A program made the translations under genes and the position numbers. From assembly GCF_036321535.1 (NCBI RefSeq), contig NC_087436.1:45386001-45450000 (forward strand): DNA of 64,000 nucleotides, read 5' to 3'. This document shows positions 14,200-28,262 of the stretch, piece by piece (the first letter of the stretch is position 1; each line of letters starts with the position of its first letter). The notes beneath the pieces were generated by a model. It was not told the origin of the DNA. It was given only the letters and a program-made list of their open reading frames with translations, and made no database searches. Source of the stretch: Camelus dromedarius (lineage: Eukaryota).

Positions 14200-14413
14200 A
14201 CCATGGAGAAATTAAGGGTTGGCTAAGTGAAGATGCATAGTAGAGATAATATTTAAGTTGGAGGAAGAACTTCATGGAGCAGAGCCCCTATTCCAGGCAC
14301 AGATAACAAAACTCTGGACTTTTACATTGGAGAGAAGGAAATGTTTATCTGCTAAGCAAATATTATTTGAGGCTTTCTGTTAAGTGTAGCTGAACCTAAT
14401 TATAACTAAAACA
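14200..14413 (+). mobile_element. MLT1J-like LTR 3' part
   Basis: ggagcagagcc...ctctggactttt...gtagctgaacctaattataactaaaaca. Confidence 0.6.
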
Positions 14414-14434
14414 TCGGTTTCTGGGGGCCATAAA

Positions 14435-14690
14435 ATAATAATGGCTAACTCACATTAACTCGTCATTATGTTCCAAGTTCGGTGCTAAGTACTGAACATC
14501 TGTTACCTCATTTAATCTTTATGACAACTCTCTGAGTAGACTGCTGTCATCATTTTTCACTTTTAGATAAGGGAACTGAAGATTTTTGTTTTGTTTTTTT
14601 AAGTGCCTGGCCCAAGGTCCTACAGTTATCAAGTGATTGAGCTGGGATTCCCAAACTCACTCTTAACTACTTCTCCAGTCTGCCTTCCCC
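14435..14690 (-). mobile_element. MIR SINE
   Basis: gtgctaagtact...ctcatttaatctttatgacaactct...tagataagggaactgaag...cccaaggtcctacag. Confidence 0.8.
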
Positions 14691-15119
14691 AACAGATGCT
14701 TTGTAACACATGTAGATTGCTATGTTAATTACAAACCACTAGTCTATTAGATAAACTGGTTTTATGAAAAGACTTGTTAATTATTTTGTTTCAGTTACTG
14801 AAAGATCTGGTGAAAACAAAAAGCTAATATCACAATGCCCAGGTTCCACCATGGCAAGGATTTCTGTTCCTTACCCATGGGAACTTATAAAAGGCACACA
14901 CCCTGGGACCATTCTAACTCAGGTTTTAGATGTGAATAGCAGAATGTACCCTATTGTATCACATAAAGATGCTGTGAGGATTTCCTTCAGGGTTCAGACA
15001 AGTATTGAAGCACAATTTAAATAACTGGCTCATGCTCTTTTTTAATCCTTAATGTAATTTTACAGTTAGGAATTGCTTCTGGCTATTGCAATGTTACTTC
15101 ACTACAGTGGTCTAAAAAT

Positions 15120-15360
15120 TAGGGCAGTTTATTATTAGGAGGCCAAAAGGAGTTCCAGCTGAATCAGGCCCCTTTAAGAGCTTTCCAGGGAATGCCATGC
15201 AATGCCTTTCCTCACACATCTCATTGATTGCCCACCCATAATGCAAGGGAAGTTTGGAAATGCTGTCCTTCAGTTTGGTACATGACTGTCCCATATACAG
15301 TCTGTTGCTAAGGAAACAATGTAGGATAGAGCTGGGTAGGCAACCAGCAGTCCTGGCCAA
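15120..15360 (-). mobile_element. MLT1J-like LTR fragment
   Basis: tgcaagggaagtttggaaatg...gggtaggcaaccagcagt is the antisense of the MLT1J 5' end. Confidence 0.6.
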
Positions 15361-16179
15361 AGGAATAATCCACATAGGTAAATCTATGTGGGTAAAGCAC
15401 ATAGACTCCCCACTGCTGACTGTGCTTATCCTCAAGTCTAGATCCTCACAGGGAGTGTGGAGGGTTTCAGCCAATGTGCAAAAAAAGAGACTTTTACCTT
15501 TTAAAGGTCAGCATATCAGGCAGAGAAGAATAAGAGGGTGCAGATCCTGGAAGACGCTGGATGCCTGCCTCTAGCTTAGGATAGGATAGGCTCCTCTAGT
15601 TCTTTATTAATTGAGGTGACAGCTCTGTTATTGAAAGGTGGAGCTATGTCACTTAGGTTCTAATGCTGCACTGGGAATCTGACACCCTCATTCTTTTCAG
15701 ATGGCCCTATTGACACCAACACAAGGCAAATACTTAGAATATAAATCCTTTTCTTTTTAAGCTGAAAATTCAATATCAGTTATTGCAGTCATCTGCAAAG
15801 AAGTGATCTCTTACAGTTAATCAAGTTCATTGCCTTCGAATATACAGTTTCTATCAATACAAAATTGGAAGCTTCAACTCCAAATTATTAGTTAATGGTT
15901 ACCAGGACTCTTTAATGCTCTTCTGTAACCTGCCCTCTGGGGAAGTAGCAACAAAGGGGGAACAGTCCCTTCCAGTAGATCTTTCCAGTAAAGATCCATG
16001 AGATCTTTCCAGTAATTACCAATTACTGGAATGATGTATATATTAAGAATTTTAAAAATATAAACACAAATGCAAATTTAGGTAATTACAATAATAGAAT
16101 TACATCAATAATTTAGGCTTATCATCAACTTTTGAAGGCTTTAACTCTTTAGTCTAGATTAATTAAAAATTCCTCTAAA

Positions 16180-17090
16180 AGTCAAGCTGGACCATCAGTT
16201 AAGCAGCCCTTCCTGTGTTCTCCATCTTGGGACTAGGCGTCAGCAGTCTCCCAGTTGTCCAAGTCAGAAGCATGAGAGCAGCTTAGATAGTTCCCTTTTC
16301 CTCACCCCCACCCCCACCCAGTTAGTCACCTTGTCCTGATACTGATCAAACCTGCTCTGAGCCTTCCTTTTCAGGCTGCAAGTCTAGTTAAGACCTTTTT
16401 CTTTTATCTTAGCTATATTCCAGCAAGTCTCTGAAGTAGTCTCCCTGCCCACAGTTTCCCCCTATTTAACCCATTCAAATCCTCTAGCGTTCCAGAGATA
16501 TCTCTAAATTACAGATCTGGATGTGGTCCCTCTCTTGTTGAAAATCCTGTATGGCTATACAGAGTTTCCAGGGTAAAGGTCAGACTTTGGTTTATCATTA
16601 CCCTTTGATGCTTTGCCCTTGCCTGTCTCTCTAACCTAATTCCTGCCACGCCTGTATGTACTTTCACTTCAACCTTACTGAAAAACTGACTCCTCCCTGC
16701 ATGTCCTACAGTTTACTGCCTCCATGACTTTTAAATGTGTTCCCTTTTGAATTCCTCTGGGATGCACTTTCATTCTCCTGCACAGTCTCTCGTGCATCCT
16801 CACCTTGTCCTTCCAAACTCAGGTGTCAGCCCTCAGAGAAGCCCTCATTCACTGCCTCTCTGCTCTGGCTGCCCACCTGTGCTCTGAGTCACCACCCAAG
16901 CTGCTATAAACAAGTCTCTCTCCTTGACCCCTTGAAACTCCTTGATCTACTTGGAGTTCACCACTATTAAACAAAGAGCTCCTTAAGGATAGGAGCTATT
17001 TCTTTTTTCTCTTTGGTATTCCTAGAGCCAAGCACAGTATCTGTCACAGAGGGGTGCTGAAGAAAAGTTTGGAAGCAACATAAGGAAAGA
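16180..17090 (+). mobile_element. L2 LINE 3' region
   Basis: ccagttgtccaagtcagaa...cagatctggatgtggtc...gagctccttaaggatagg...agcacagtatctgtcacagag. Confidence 0.7.
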
Positions 17091-17599
17091 ATTGAGTGTG
17101 GATCCTGCACAGTTTACTTTTCTGAGTTTTTGCAGGTTCTCACAATAGCATACTCAAAGTCACCTTGATACAGCCTCCGTCATGCCCCTGCCTCCTCTCA
17201 TTACTTACTGTTTGCAGTTTGACACTGACATGGTGAGAGACGGTGAGAGGTCCAATTCTCAGCAGAACACATTCTGACTGTCAGCAATCCTAGTGGGGAA
17301 AAAAATGAAGCACCTCCCTTTTTTAAACTTTTGATTAGATTTACAACAGAGGAGAGGTTGAATAGGTACAGGAACTACCCAAGGCAAATGCTACCCCTCC
17401 CCAGCTCACATTTATGGCAGATAAAACCGACTGATTAGAGCACTGTCTTCCCCTGAGCTCTCAGAACCTTTCTCATCCTAGTCCATGAGAGAGCCATTAC
17501 TAACCAGTCAGCATTTTCTATCCCTGAGCTAGATTAACAGGTATATTTGACATAAAAAAAATTAAATGGTGTGAGAAGATTGGCATATGAGTCCAGCTG

Positions 17600-18068
17600 G
17601 ATGGGGATAATGCTAGGTGCCTCTCACTTCTGTTAACAAGATCCCTCCCCTGCTTCTTCTGGGAAATGTCCTTCCTCACTCCAAGCACACAGCTTAAATG
17701 GGCGCTGCTGTGATCTTACAGTCAAGTGATGGACACCAGACCAAAGCTGACTCAGTTATAATCTTTCTCTGCCATTTTAAAACTCAGGACTAGAGAAGTC
17801 ACAGGTAGGCTGCTCCCTAGTAGTCGAAATCAAGGAGCTGTTGACCATCAATTGTATCTTCAGGCTGAGGGACTGATCTGCAACAGGAGAGAATCCCGGT
17901 GGGAGATGAAGAGCTATTAGTGATCCAGGCCCTAAGCCTCAGTCTCATGCAAGTCTTTTTCACAGGTAGTGACGTGCCCTCGGATCTTTCCAATAATGCT
18001 TCTGTTTATCTTAAACGAATTTAAGTTAGTTCTCTGTCACTTGTAACCCAAAGAATTCTGACTAATTC
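17600..18068 (+). mobile_element. LTR16-like ERVL LTR
   Basis: ccctcccctgcttcttctgggaa...ttagttctctgtcacttgtaacccaaagaattctgactaattca terminus. Confidence 0.55.
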
Positions 18069-18439
18069 AAAACTCTGCAATATCTAAGACCTTGGAATTC
18101 AAAGAACTTAGCAATACTTAGCCAAGAATTGTGGCTTTTAAGGGCATCATGAGAAACATCCTAAAATATTGGTAAATAACATTACCTACCCTTTGCTCCC
18201 ATAAGCCAGTAGAACAATGACTGACATGTTAATATTTTTAGGTCTGCTTTTTAAGCACTGCAGAAGAAATGGGGAGAATCCTGTGCTGGGAGTAAGGTCC
18301 CTTAGATTCAGTTGTGGTCCTATCACTAATTTGTTGTGATTAGCCCTGCCAGTGATTTTAAAGTGAGCTCTAACAAAACTTCACTGGATACAATTTTGAA
18401 AATATTTGGCATCGTGCTAATAACTTTAGAATACTTTAA

Positions 18440-18970
18440 TAAGAAAAAGATGAATGTTCCAATAGAAAAAACAAAGGACATGAACAGACAATTCCCAAAA
18501 TTTTATAAATGGTTAATAAATTCTAAAACAGCCTCAGCCACATTTATCACTAAGGATATGCAAATGAAGACAACGTAGATACAATTTTCTACCTATCATA
18601 TTGCCAAGATTTTAGAAGATACATAATACTTCATATTACGAAGGGCATTTGAGATTAAGAAATCTCATACCTTGGTCACACAAGCTTTCTGGAAGCAATA
18701 TGGAAATATGTAGCAAAATTTTATCCTGTATTCCCTTTAGTCCAATAATTCCACTGTGAGCAATTTATTCTAGGAAAATAATTAAAATGTTCAAAGATGT
18801 TTGTCCAAGTTCTGAACATGGAAGTTCATCACAGCAGTGTCTACTATGTATAAGAGTAAAAACAACTTAAATTTCTATTAATCAGATGTTGGTTAAATAT
18901 AAAATAGTGAATCCAATAATTAGAACACTGTACAATTTTACAAAAAAGGAAGAGTTTGATCTGCATGTCT
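18440..18970 (+). mobile_element. Old L1 (L1ME-like) 3' fragment
   Basis: aaggacatgaacagacaattc...atgcaaatgaagacaac...caataattccactgtgagcaatttattc. Confidence 0.7.
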
Positions 18971-19019
18971 AGAACAGTGCCTTTTGTGATTTTTTCTTTT
19001 CTTTTTTTTCCCTCCCTAT

Positions 19020-19940
19020 TCCATGGGGTAACTTTTTCCTGCTGATTTATGGGTGTTTTTACATATTCCTTAAATGTATACTTGTCTGTTTTATATATTG
19101 CACATATTCGTCTTGGTGTCTTTTGTTTCCCACAATTTAATTTTTAATTTTTTCCTTTATGATTCCTGATTTTTTCTTCTTTAAAGAGGCCTTATCTCCC
19201 CAATGTTAGACAGAGATATATATTTATTTTGACATTTTTTATAATTTTGGTTTTAAATTTATCTCTTTATTCCTTCTGAAATGTGTTTTAAGTGGTGTAA
19301 AGTATCATTTTTAATGGGTAATTGATTGTCCCAATAAAAATAAATTCAAAAAGTTCAATAAAAACTTAATTGACCATCATGCTTCTATTGAGTTAAAAAT
19401 GTCACTTTTTGATAAACTAAATTCCCATATGTACATGGGTCAATTTCTGTATGTGACTCTGTTTTTATTTTGCCTATTTATTTCTGCAAAAATACTATGC
19501 CACTTTAGTATTACCATAGTAACTTTTGATATCTGATTGGGCAAGTCTCCCCTTCTTCATTTTAAAATAATTTTGGCTACTTTTATCTATTTTTCTTTCC
19601 TAGATTAAATTTAGAATCATATAGTTAATTTCCATGAAAAATTATGTTGGAATGTTTTATTAATTGGGGATTGACAACTTTCAACTTGAATCTCCACTCG
19701 ACAGAATGTGGTGTATCTTTTTATTTCTTCTGATGTCCTTTTCTATCCTTCAAAAACTTTTCAAGGAATGTTATTACACATTGTTAGTTTTTAATATGCA
19801 GTTTATGGTTTTGCTCCTATTTAATCAAGACATTTCCCATGACATTTTTGCTTTTAATTTATTTTATGTAAAATTTTTTAAAGTTTTATCTCATTTAAAT
19901 TTCTTATATTTAAATTTAAAAAGCAGAAGGGCATGAATTT
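19020..19940 (-). mobile_element. Old L1 (L1M) fragment
   Basis: T-rich antisense ORF2-like text such as cccatatgtacatgggtcaatttctg and tttagaatcatatagtt. Confidence 0.6.
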
Positions 19941-20344
19941 GTCTTCCTTTTGTTTAGCCTCTTAGCAAAACGTCAAGCCGTTAAACTCTAACCTTGGATT
20001 GTTCCAAGGCTCAATCCTTGGAACTGTTCTTTTCTCTAAACTTCCTCTACTCTCTAGATGACCTCAGCATTCCTATGGCTTTGAATTTTGTATTATATAC
20101 TGATGGCTCAATTATTTTTCATTCAGCATGAACCTCTCCTCAAGCTCCAGTAGCATGCATTCATTCCCCTGACCCAGTCAACATCTCTACTTGGATTTTT
20201 AGTGGACACTTCAAACTTAATATGTCCAAAGCTGAACTCTGCTCTTTCTTTCTTCAGTTCTGCTCCTTCCGCAGTGTTCCCCACCTCAGTAAAACGTGAC
20301 TTCATCTTTCCGATAGCTGAAGACAAAACCCTGGAATTGTCCCT

Positions 20345-21720
20345 GTCTGTCCATTCATTCACTCAATAAATACATAGTGAGTGCCCATAGAACCCACGTA
20401 ATATTCTATGCTCTGGGGATACAGCAAGTGAGCAAAAGAGGTCAAATCATCATTATCCACTGAGCTTTTATTGTTAAAATTTTAAAAAATAGTATATTTA
20501 GTATGTCAAACAATGATAAATGCTGTCAGGAAAAGCAGGAAGGGAGCATAGGGAGTCCTGGTTGTGGGGAAAGTTTGTGATTTTAGGTATGGCCAGGGAG
20601 ACTTCATTGAGAAGGTGAGATTTGCCATTTACTGAGAGGGAAGACTGCAAGATGGACAGGCTTGGTGGGGGAGTGACGAGTTCAGTTTTGAATGTATGTT
20701 TGAGGTGCTTGTTAGACATCTAAGCAGAGACATCAAGTAGGACATGGACTATAAATCTAGATTTCAGAGGAGAGGGCCAGGCTGGAGACATAAATTTAAG
20801 AATGTTTGGTGATGTATAGTATTTAAAATCATCTAAGGAGTGGGTGTGGATAGAAAAGAGAAAGTGTTCCCCAAATGTGCCCTGATATGCACCCCAACAC
20901 CTAGAAATGAAGACTATGAAAAAAAGAAGAGAGACTTCGAAGAAGTAGCCAGTTAGATAAGAGAAAAACCAAAGAGGAATGGCTTCTAGGAAGTCACATG
21001 GGGCAGGAGTTTCAGGGAGAGCAGGTCAGCTATATCAGAGGCTGCTTGCTCCAGGTCACAGATGAGGACCAAGAAGTGACCATTGGGTTTAGAACCATGG
21101 AGGTCATTGGCTAAGGTGACAAGATTTGCTCAGTGAAATGGTGGGGCCACACACTAATTGGAGCATGCATTCGGTAGGGGATGGATGGAGAGGACTTGGA
21201 GATGTAAAGTCTTGACAGCATTTTTGAGTAGCTTTGCAGTAAGGGAGTAAGGAAATGGAGCTGTACTAGGAGGGGGATGTAGAGTCAAGAGACAGGATTT
21301 TTCTTATAATAATATAGCAACATGTAAGCAGCTGATGGAAATGATCTAAGTGAGAGGGAAAACTTGATGATACAGGAGAGGAGGGGGGCAATTACTGGAG
21401 GGATGTCTATGAGAAGATGAGAGCTGAACTTGGAGATATCCAACTTTGACAGCAGCACGGGCAGTTCATTCAAAGTGAGAGGAGACAAAGTAGGCTCATG
21501 GGTAGTGAACAGGAGGGTTGGTACATGTTGGAGTGGGAACAAGTTCTCATTGCCTTGATATTTCCAGTGAAATCAGAAGCAAGGTTAGCAGCTGGAATTG
21601 AAGGTGGTGAGCAAATAAATATTGGAAGGCTGAGGAGAGAAAAAGAGAAGGAGAAGGAATTATCTGGGAGTGTGGAGGAGTGAGTAGATTAGCAACTGTA
21701 ATAGGGTTGCTCAGAGATTT
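20345..21720 (-). mobile_element. L2 LINE, antisense; a short sense L2 piece lies at ~19980-20340
   Basis: cattcattcactcaataaata L2 3' end; gagttcagttttgaatgtatgtttgaggtgc; ggaggtcattggctaagg. Confidence 0.8.
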
Positions 21721-21799
21721 CCTTCTTGTTTTGTAATAAGTGGATTTATTTCTATAAGCTTATTTCTGAAAATGCTTTAGCTGAATTCTGTGAATATAT

Positions 21800-22760
21800 A
21801 GTGACCCCACTGTTAATTTCTAAACATTTTGTAATGTTCCTTAAGTCATGTTTTTTAAAGTGTATTTTCAAAATTTTCAAAGATACGGTTTTGTTAGATT
21901 TTTTTAGGTTTGGAGTATCTTGTTACTAATTTTAACATTTTAACATTATTGTATCATGCCAGTGAAAATTATATAATTTCTGCTTTTCGAATTTTGTCAA
22001 AATTTCCTTTGCGGCCCAATACAGCATCAAGGTTTAAAATGTTCTATGTATAGTTTTTAAAAAGGTATATTAACTTACAGTCATGCACTAATATAGATTT
22101 TTGTATAAAAATGTATGTTACTATTAGGTCAAGATTGTTAAGTTTAGTATTCAAATTTTTAATCATTGCTTATTTTTAGTCTATGTGGTCTATCAGTTTC
22201 TGAGAGAAGTGTGTGTGTGTGATTGTGGGCTTGTTCATTTATTCTTGTATTTCCATTAGCTTTTGCTTTATTGCAGTCCTGTGTATTTAGAGGCATAAAA
22301 TCTCATGACTGTTGTATCTTTTGGGGATGAGCCTTTCATTATTATGAAATAACTGCTTTCTTAAAATGCTTTTAACTTTGATCCTGTCTGGTATGATATG
22401 AATATTTCTATTCCTGTTTTTCTGTTGTTGTTATTATTACATTCACCTGATATTTCTTTAGCCAATCCTTTATTTTCTACTTTTCATAGTTTTTCACTAT
22501 GAAACTATGTCGTTACTCTAATCTGAAAGTATTTTTTAATGTTACAGATTATTTATAGTGTGGGACTGATAACCATTATATTTTGTTTTTTCTCTATTCT
22601 TTCTTCTTTTTTCTCTTTATATCTGTTTTTTGGATAGATTAAGCTGTTTTTTTTATTTCATATATATGTATATATGCATAACACATACAGTGTCTTTTCT
22701 TCTAGTGGCTAACCTTACTTATAAAACATTTTAATTTGATTTTTGTCAAAATAATACTTT
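21800..22760 (-). mobile_element. Old L1 (L1M) fragment, ORF2 5' region
   Basis: ctatcagtttctgagagaagtgtg; cctttcattattatgaaataact; ccaatcctttattttc. Confidence 0.6.
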
Positions 22761-23744
22761 CATATAAGTTAAAAAAAATTAAATGGTGCTAAAAATCTCA
22801 TGCTCCCACTCTGGTGCCCCAGTGCTTTCCCTGACCATTTCCACAGAGCTCCCTCCTGGTCTTATATTCTCTTCTTCTAAACCTGTTTGTAGAGCCACTC
22901 CTGTCTTTCGCAGCAGTCTTCTGTTGCAAGTTGGGGCTGTAGTTCCCTCCATCTACTTTCCATCTTTTGGGGATTTCTTACCTTCTCCTCCACAGAAAAT
23001 AACAAGCATCTCTTCTCATTTTCCAGCATGTTAGAGACATTGTCCGTCATTGGGATGAATGAGAGGCAGGAACATGGGCTCAATCCACCATATTGAGCCA
23101 AATTCCAAATATTCTTTTGATCATTGGTGAAAAATTAACATGACCCCATTTTGGGGAAAAAAATTCTAACTTGCTAGATAAGATCAAATGAGGAGAGGAG
23201 ACAAAGTGGACCCTTAGACTCCCAAATCTAGGAGATGTACATGAGGATATTGTCATGTCCTATCTGACACTCCAGTTTCTGCCTTTCTGAGTCCCTCCCT
23301 CTTACCTTACTTGTGTTCCACCTCCCCACAGCCACTATACTTTCCAGTCCTCATACCTGGCATGACTTGAAGGAAACATTTCAATAGCAACTCTCTCTAA
23401 AGGTGTGAGATTTGATGGATAAATCAGTAGACAGGTCAACCAATTTGAGAGATATCACTTTACAAAATCCAAGGTATCTTTATCTTTAATTTGAGGAGGA
23501 TGTGATTTTGACTTTTTTTTAAATTTTTTAATTTAATTTTTTTGACTTTAAATTGAGGATTGTACGTCAAAGATTCTTGATGTAGTAGAAGCAAGAACGT
23601 GGCCTCTGGCAAAAATCGTAAAAGAGTTTTCTTCCAGGGGTTACTCTCACTGGCTAGTATACTTTGGACCAATTACCTAACCTCTTTGAGTCTCAATTTC
23701 TTAATCTGTAAAACTGGAATAAGAATGTCTTCTCTGAAATAGGT

Positions 23745-24410
23745 ACTACCACTACTCCGTACACTCCAGCCCAAGCCACCATCATCTCTCACTGGACTAT
23801 TGGAAATATTCCTGGTCTCCCTGACTTCATGGCTGTTCCCCGTCCAGCCTGCATCCAGCCCAGCAAATCAAGCCATTCTGTGCAACTCTGAGCAGTTCCT
23901 CCATCACACTCAAAGTAAAAGCCCAAGGCCGTAATAACGGCCCTATCAGCTCTTGTCCCTTGTTACCTCTCTGACCTCCTGTCCCGTGACTCTCCCTTTA
24001 CTCTGTGCACAGCAGCCCCACGGGCTTCCTTGCTGTCCTTCAACTATACCAGGCATCTTCTACCTGGGGGACCTTGGCACTGGCTCCACTCTTGCCTGGG
24101 ATGTGCTTCTCCAGATATCCATGTGGCTTTCTTTACTCAAATGTCACTCTCTTAGTCAGGCCTCTCTTTGGCACTCTGTCAAGAATTTTAGCCCTCCCCC
24201 CAGTACTTCTTGAGCACTGGTTTTTCCTCTTGGCAGTTGTCATTAGCTAACATATTACATATTTTACTTATTTGTATTTTCTGTTGTCTTTTTCTAAAAC
24301 TAAAGTGGAAGCTACATAAGGGCAGGAATTTTTTTTTAATTCCAATTACTATTATCCTAGCACTGGACATTGTTTCTGGTCCACAGTAGATGCTCAGTAC
24401 ATGTTAGCTA
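23745..24410 (+). mobile_element. L2 LINE 3' end
   Basis: ccaagccaccatcatctctcactggactat...gaagctacataagggcagg...cacagtagatgctcagta. Confidence 0.8.
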
Positions 24411-24439
24411 TAGATAGTGTTTGTAAAGCAAAATGGTAT

Positions 24440-24690
24440 TGAGTAGTAGTTAAGAATGCAGCTTCAGAAACTAGACTTCAGGGATTCCAATCTAGCTTTA
24501 ATATTTACAAGGCATATAACCTTGGGTGAGTTACTAAACCTCCCTGGGCCTCAGTTTTATCATCTTTAATATGGAACGGGTACTGGTACCCATGCATAGC
24601 GTTGTTGGGAAGATTAAATGAGATAATACAGGTAAAGTGCTTAGAACAATGACTGGCACACAGTAAGCCATCAGTAAGAGATAGCTATTG
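24440..24690 (+). mobile_element. MIR SINE
   Basis: ccttgggtgagttactaaacctccctgggcctcagtttt...gattaaatgagataat..gtaaagtgcttagaacaatgactggcacacagtaag. Confidence 0.88.
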
Positions 24691-26339
24691 TAGTTGACAC
24701 ATCTAGCACACAGTAGATGTTTAGTTTAATTATAATTGTAATATTATTAAACTCAATCTGTAAGAGTCTGGGGGCCTCAGAGAATGAGCAGGGTTGAGAT
24801 AGGAAGATGTAGTTATTTGGTTAGAACTAAAAAAGCCAAACTTGTGGGCCTACAGAGGAAATGTAACTAAGCTGTTTCTAATTCAACTGTACATATGCAC
24901 CTTATGCTAATAATATCCTACTTCAAACAGCTGATTGCGCACTATATGATAGAAGGAGAAGTGGCACCAATGGGACAAAGGGTCCAGGCTGTGGTCACAA
25001 GTTTGGTGAACTTAGAAGGGTCACTTCTTCTCTTAGGGAGCACAGCGTATCATTAACCAGAGAGGAACACAGAGGCCTTCTGTTGAGAGTCCCCTGAACA
25101 ATCCTGTCACAGCTGAATAAGGAGGCAGACACAGGATATTAACTGTCCCATAGCAAAGGCCCATAAAAGCGAAGTTGTCCTGTTTCAGCAAATTCCGTTG
25201 CTGACATATCATCCAGGGACAGAGGAGCAATTCCTGGAAGCGAAGGCGCTATTAAACACAGTTCCTAAACAATGAGACAAAGGCAGTGCCTCCCCTTCAT
25301 CCAGTGACTTACCCTTCTGATGTTGAGTTTGTGGATTTTGGACGGTTGATGTAGGCAATTATTATTTGTAAATTACATAAGCCATTAGATAATCTAAAAA
25401 TATTTAAAAGCCTTTTTATTATTCTATGATCAAACTTATAAAATGATAGCAGAATAATGAAAAAAATCCTTAAATGAATTTGTTTTTCAAATAACCAGTT
25501 TTACTGACCTAATTTTGACCGACTGACCTGGCTATCGTGATGTTATGGAGACACAATCTATATAACTTACGGAGTTATGAGGAAGAAAAGAGCCACAACC
25601 ACGCATCACTTGAACCTCTGCGCAAATGGCTGCTCACAGAGGTGCCCTGCCTCACCCCTCAAGTTCCCCCGCGTTTCCCAAAAAGAGAGTTTTGGGGATC
25701 AATCTTGCCCCTGGACAGGAAGGAAACTAGTTCAACACTCAGCAGCAGCATCAGTCAACACCAGACTGACTCAGTTCCCGCTTTCTAACTGTGAGAGCTG
25801 CTCTGGTCCCTCACATCTGGTAACCTGCTCCTTGTCAACTTCCCTAGAGGCAGAGTTCCTACTTAAATGACAGTTCCTGCCTGTCCTCCACTGAGATAAC
25901 AGGTTCACCCTTAGCCCCAAAAGGAGAGTGTCCTCTCTGTCTCCTTGTGGGAATCTCTGAATTCAGAGTTTCCTAGATGCCCCGATCCTGTGTTCTAGCC
26001 ATCGATGGGACACTGCATTCCTCTCTGCCAAGATTCTCTGATGCCAACAACTTGCCTAGACAGTCACCCTCAGACCCTTGTCCTCTTTCCAGCTGGAGTT
26101 CTTTCTGCAGCCTGCAGCCCTTCCCTCCAGCGCTTGGTCTAGATCTGGCACCTTCCGCTTGGCCTGATCACGTAGCAAGAACTTTCATATGTATTCCATC
26201 ATTTTATGCACACAAGTCTGTGATGCAATGTCTAAATTCTTATTTTAGAGTTCAGGAAATTGAGGCTCGGAGAGGTTACATGTCTTGCCCATTTGAAGCC
26301 AAGAACTAAGTGGAGTCTGTTCTCGAAGCCAGATCTTAT

Positions 26340-26680
26340 ATCCATATAATAGAATATTATCCATCCTTAAAAAGGCATGAAGTCCTGATACATGCTTTAC
26401 GATGTGGATGAACCTAGAAAGCATTTTGCTAAGTGAAAGAAGCCAGACATAAAACATCACATGTGGTGCAATTCCATTTGTATGAAATATCCAGAATAAG
26501 TAAATCCATAGAAACAGAACACAGATTGTTGGCTGCCAGTGAAACTGCACTGAAAATGTTTTGGAACTATACAGAGGTGGTGCTTGCCCAACACAGTGAA
26601 TGCACTCAGTGCCACTGAATTGTTCATTTTAAAATGGTTAATATTATGTTGTGTGAAGTTAACCTCAATTTTTTTAAAAA
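26340..26680 (+). mobile_element. L1MB-like 3' end
   Basis: tggatgaacctagaaagcattttgctaagtgaaagaagccagaca...gccactgaattgttcattttaaaatggttaa. Confidence 0.85.
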
Positions 26681-27244
26681 GCCAGGTTTTTTTGATTATC
26701 AGAGCCTGAGCTTCCTTCACTGAATTACTTGTTGCCAAGTTTAGAAATAGAAAAAAAAATTAATGATATACTATGGAAAAGTAATTTAACATTTTAACTT
26801 GTGAATCATCAAGAAAGATTTTAAATTTAAATAATGTTATTATAAAAGTAAAAAAGGCACATGAAAAAGTTCACACAGTGTAGCTAGAAGAGTACAGATA
26901 ATGATACAAGCTTACAACTGCCCAGGCACTCCACTCACTCCCTAGAGGTAAGCATTATTAACAATTGTCTGTGTAAACTTCCAGAAGGTTTTCTGAGCAT
27001 ATGTATAACCACATGGTACTGCCTTTGGTCTTTTTCTAAATTAACAATAGCTCTTAAAGAACTTTTTATAAGAGAACATCTATCTAGCTCGTCAATTATA
27101 ACAGTTGTATATTATTGCATTTTATGGACCTACCACAAATTTATTTACCTTCCCCCTCATTAAAATATTCGTACTTTTTTTCTCCAAGTGGTCCCCCATT
27201 CTCATGTGTCCTGTTTAAAAGCCATTTGTAAGTCTAAGCAATAA

Positions 27245-27433
27245 CAGTGATTTTCAAACTTTAGAGTAAATAAGAATCACCTAGGGGATTAACAAAAAGG
27301 AGGATTTCTGCACCTCATCCCTAGAGACTCTGATTTGATATGTCTGGGATGGGTCCAATGGCCTCCATTTTTTAATAAGCACCTCAGGTTATTCTAATGC
27401 AAGTGGTTCTTAATCCTACTTTGAGTAACACTG
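27245..27433. mobile_element. MER5A/B-like hAT DNA transposon
   Basis: cagtgattttcaaacttt...agaatcacctaggg...ctttgagtaacactg terminal inverted repeats. Confidence 0.8.
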
Positions 27434-27454
27434 AAACAAAACAAGGAACTTCAT

Positions 27455-28090
27455 TTCATTTCAGAAAACCATTGTTGAGCTGTTGCTATGTTCTAAAATA
27501 TGTGTATGTACTGGGAATGCAAACATTAATGAAACAGGGCCCTTGCAGCTTGTGCATCTAGGATTACTGGTGCCTTGCCGCTGATGGTTTCACAGCTGAC
27601 GCAGCGACCCCAGAGGCATAAGGAGCAACACTGGAAAAGATAAGTAAACCAGCCAATGCCACAACTTGAGGAATACATAATAAAAGTGCATAGATTTACC
27701 TTGGGCAGAGATCAGGGGAGGCTTCATGAAAGAGGTGACAGCTGAACAAATCAGTGGTGGGTTAACAAGGGTTGTCCAAGGAGATGGACTTAAGTGGTAT
27801 AAGCCAAAGTTGTCAGACAGAAGGAACATCTATGAATAGTCATGGAAATGAGAGAGAACAGAGTGGTCTCTGGAACAGCCTATGGGGGGGAAATAGCATT
27901 CACATCACTGAGTGTGACACGTTAAGGAGCTCACCTCTATCTGTGGGTTATGGAAATCATGCACTATTTTGAGCAGAAAAGTAACAGGGTCCAACTTGCA
28001 TTTTAAAGATAATTGTGGCCATAGTGTTAAAAATGGATTCAAGGTGTCCAAGGGCTGGAGGTAGGGAGATTCTTTGAGAGGCTATCACAA
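27455..28090 (-). mobile_element. L2 LINE 3' region
   Basis: atcaggggaggcttcatgaaagaggtgaca; ttttgagcagaaaagtaacaggg; gctggaggtagggaga. Confidence 0.7.
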
Positions 28091-28262
28091 AATCATGTCA
28101 AAATGACGACAGTTAAAAAAGAAATGTGTTAAAATACTAGAAGAAAATGTAAAATGATCTTCATATGGTTTTAAGTAGGGAAAATGCTTTTCAACTATAT
28201 TACAAAACTCAGAGGTCAAAAAAGAAAAGAATGATAAATTAGCAACATAAAAATACAAAGTT

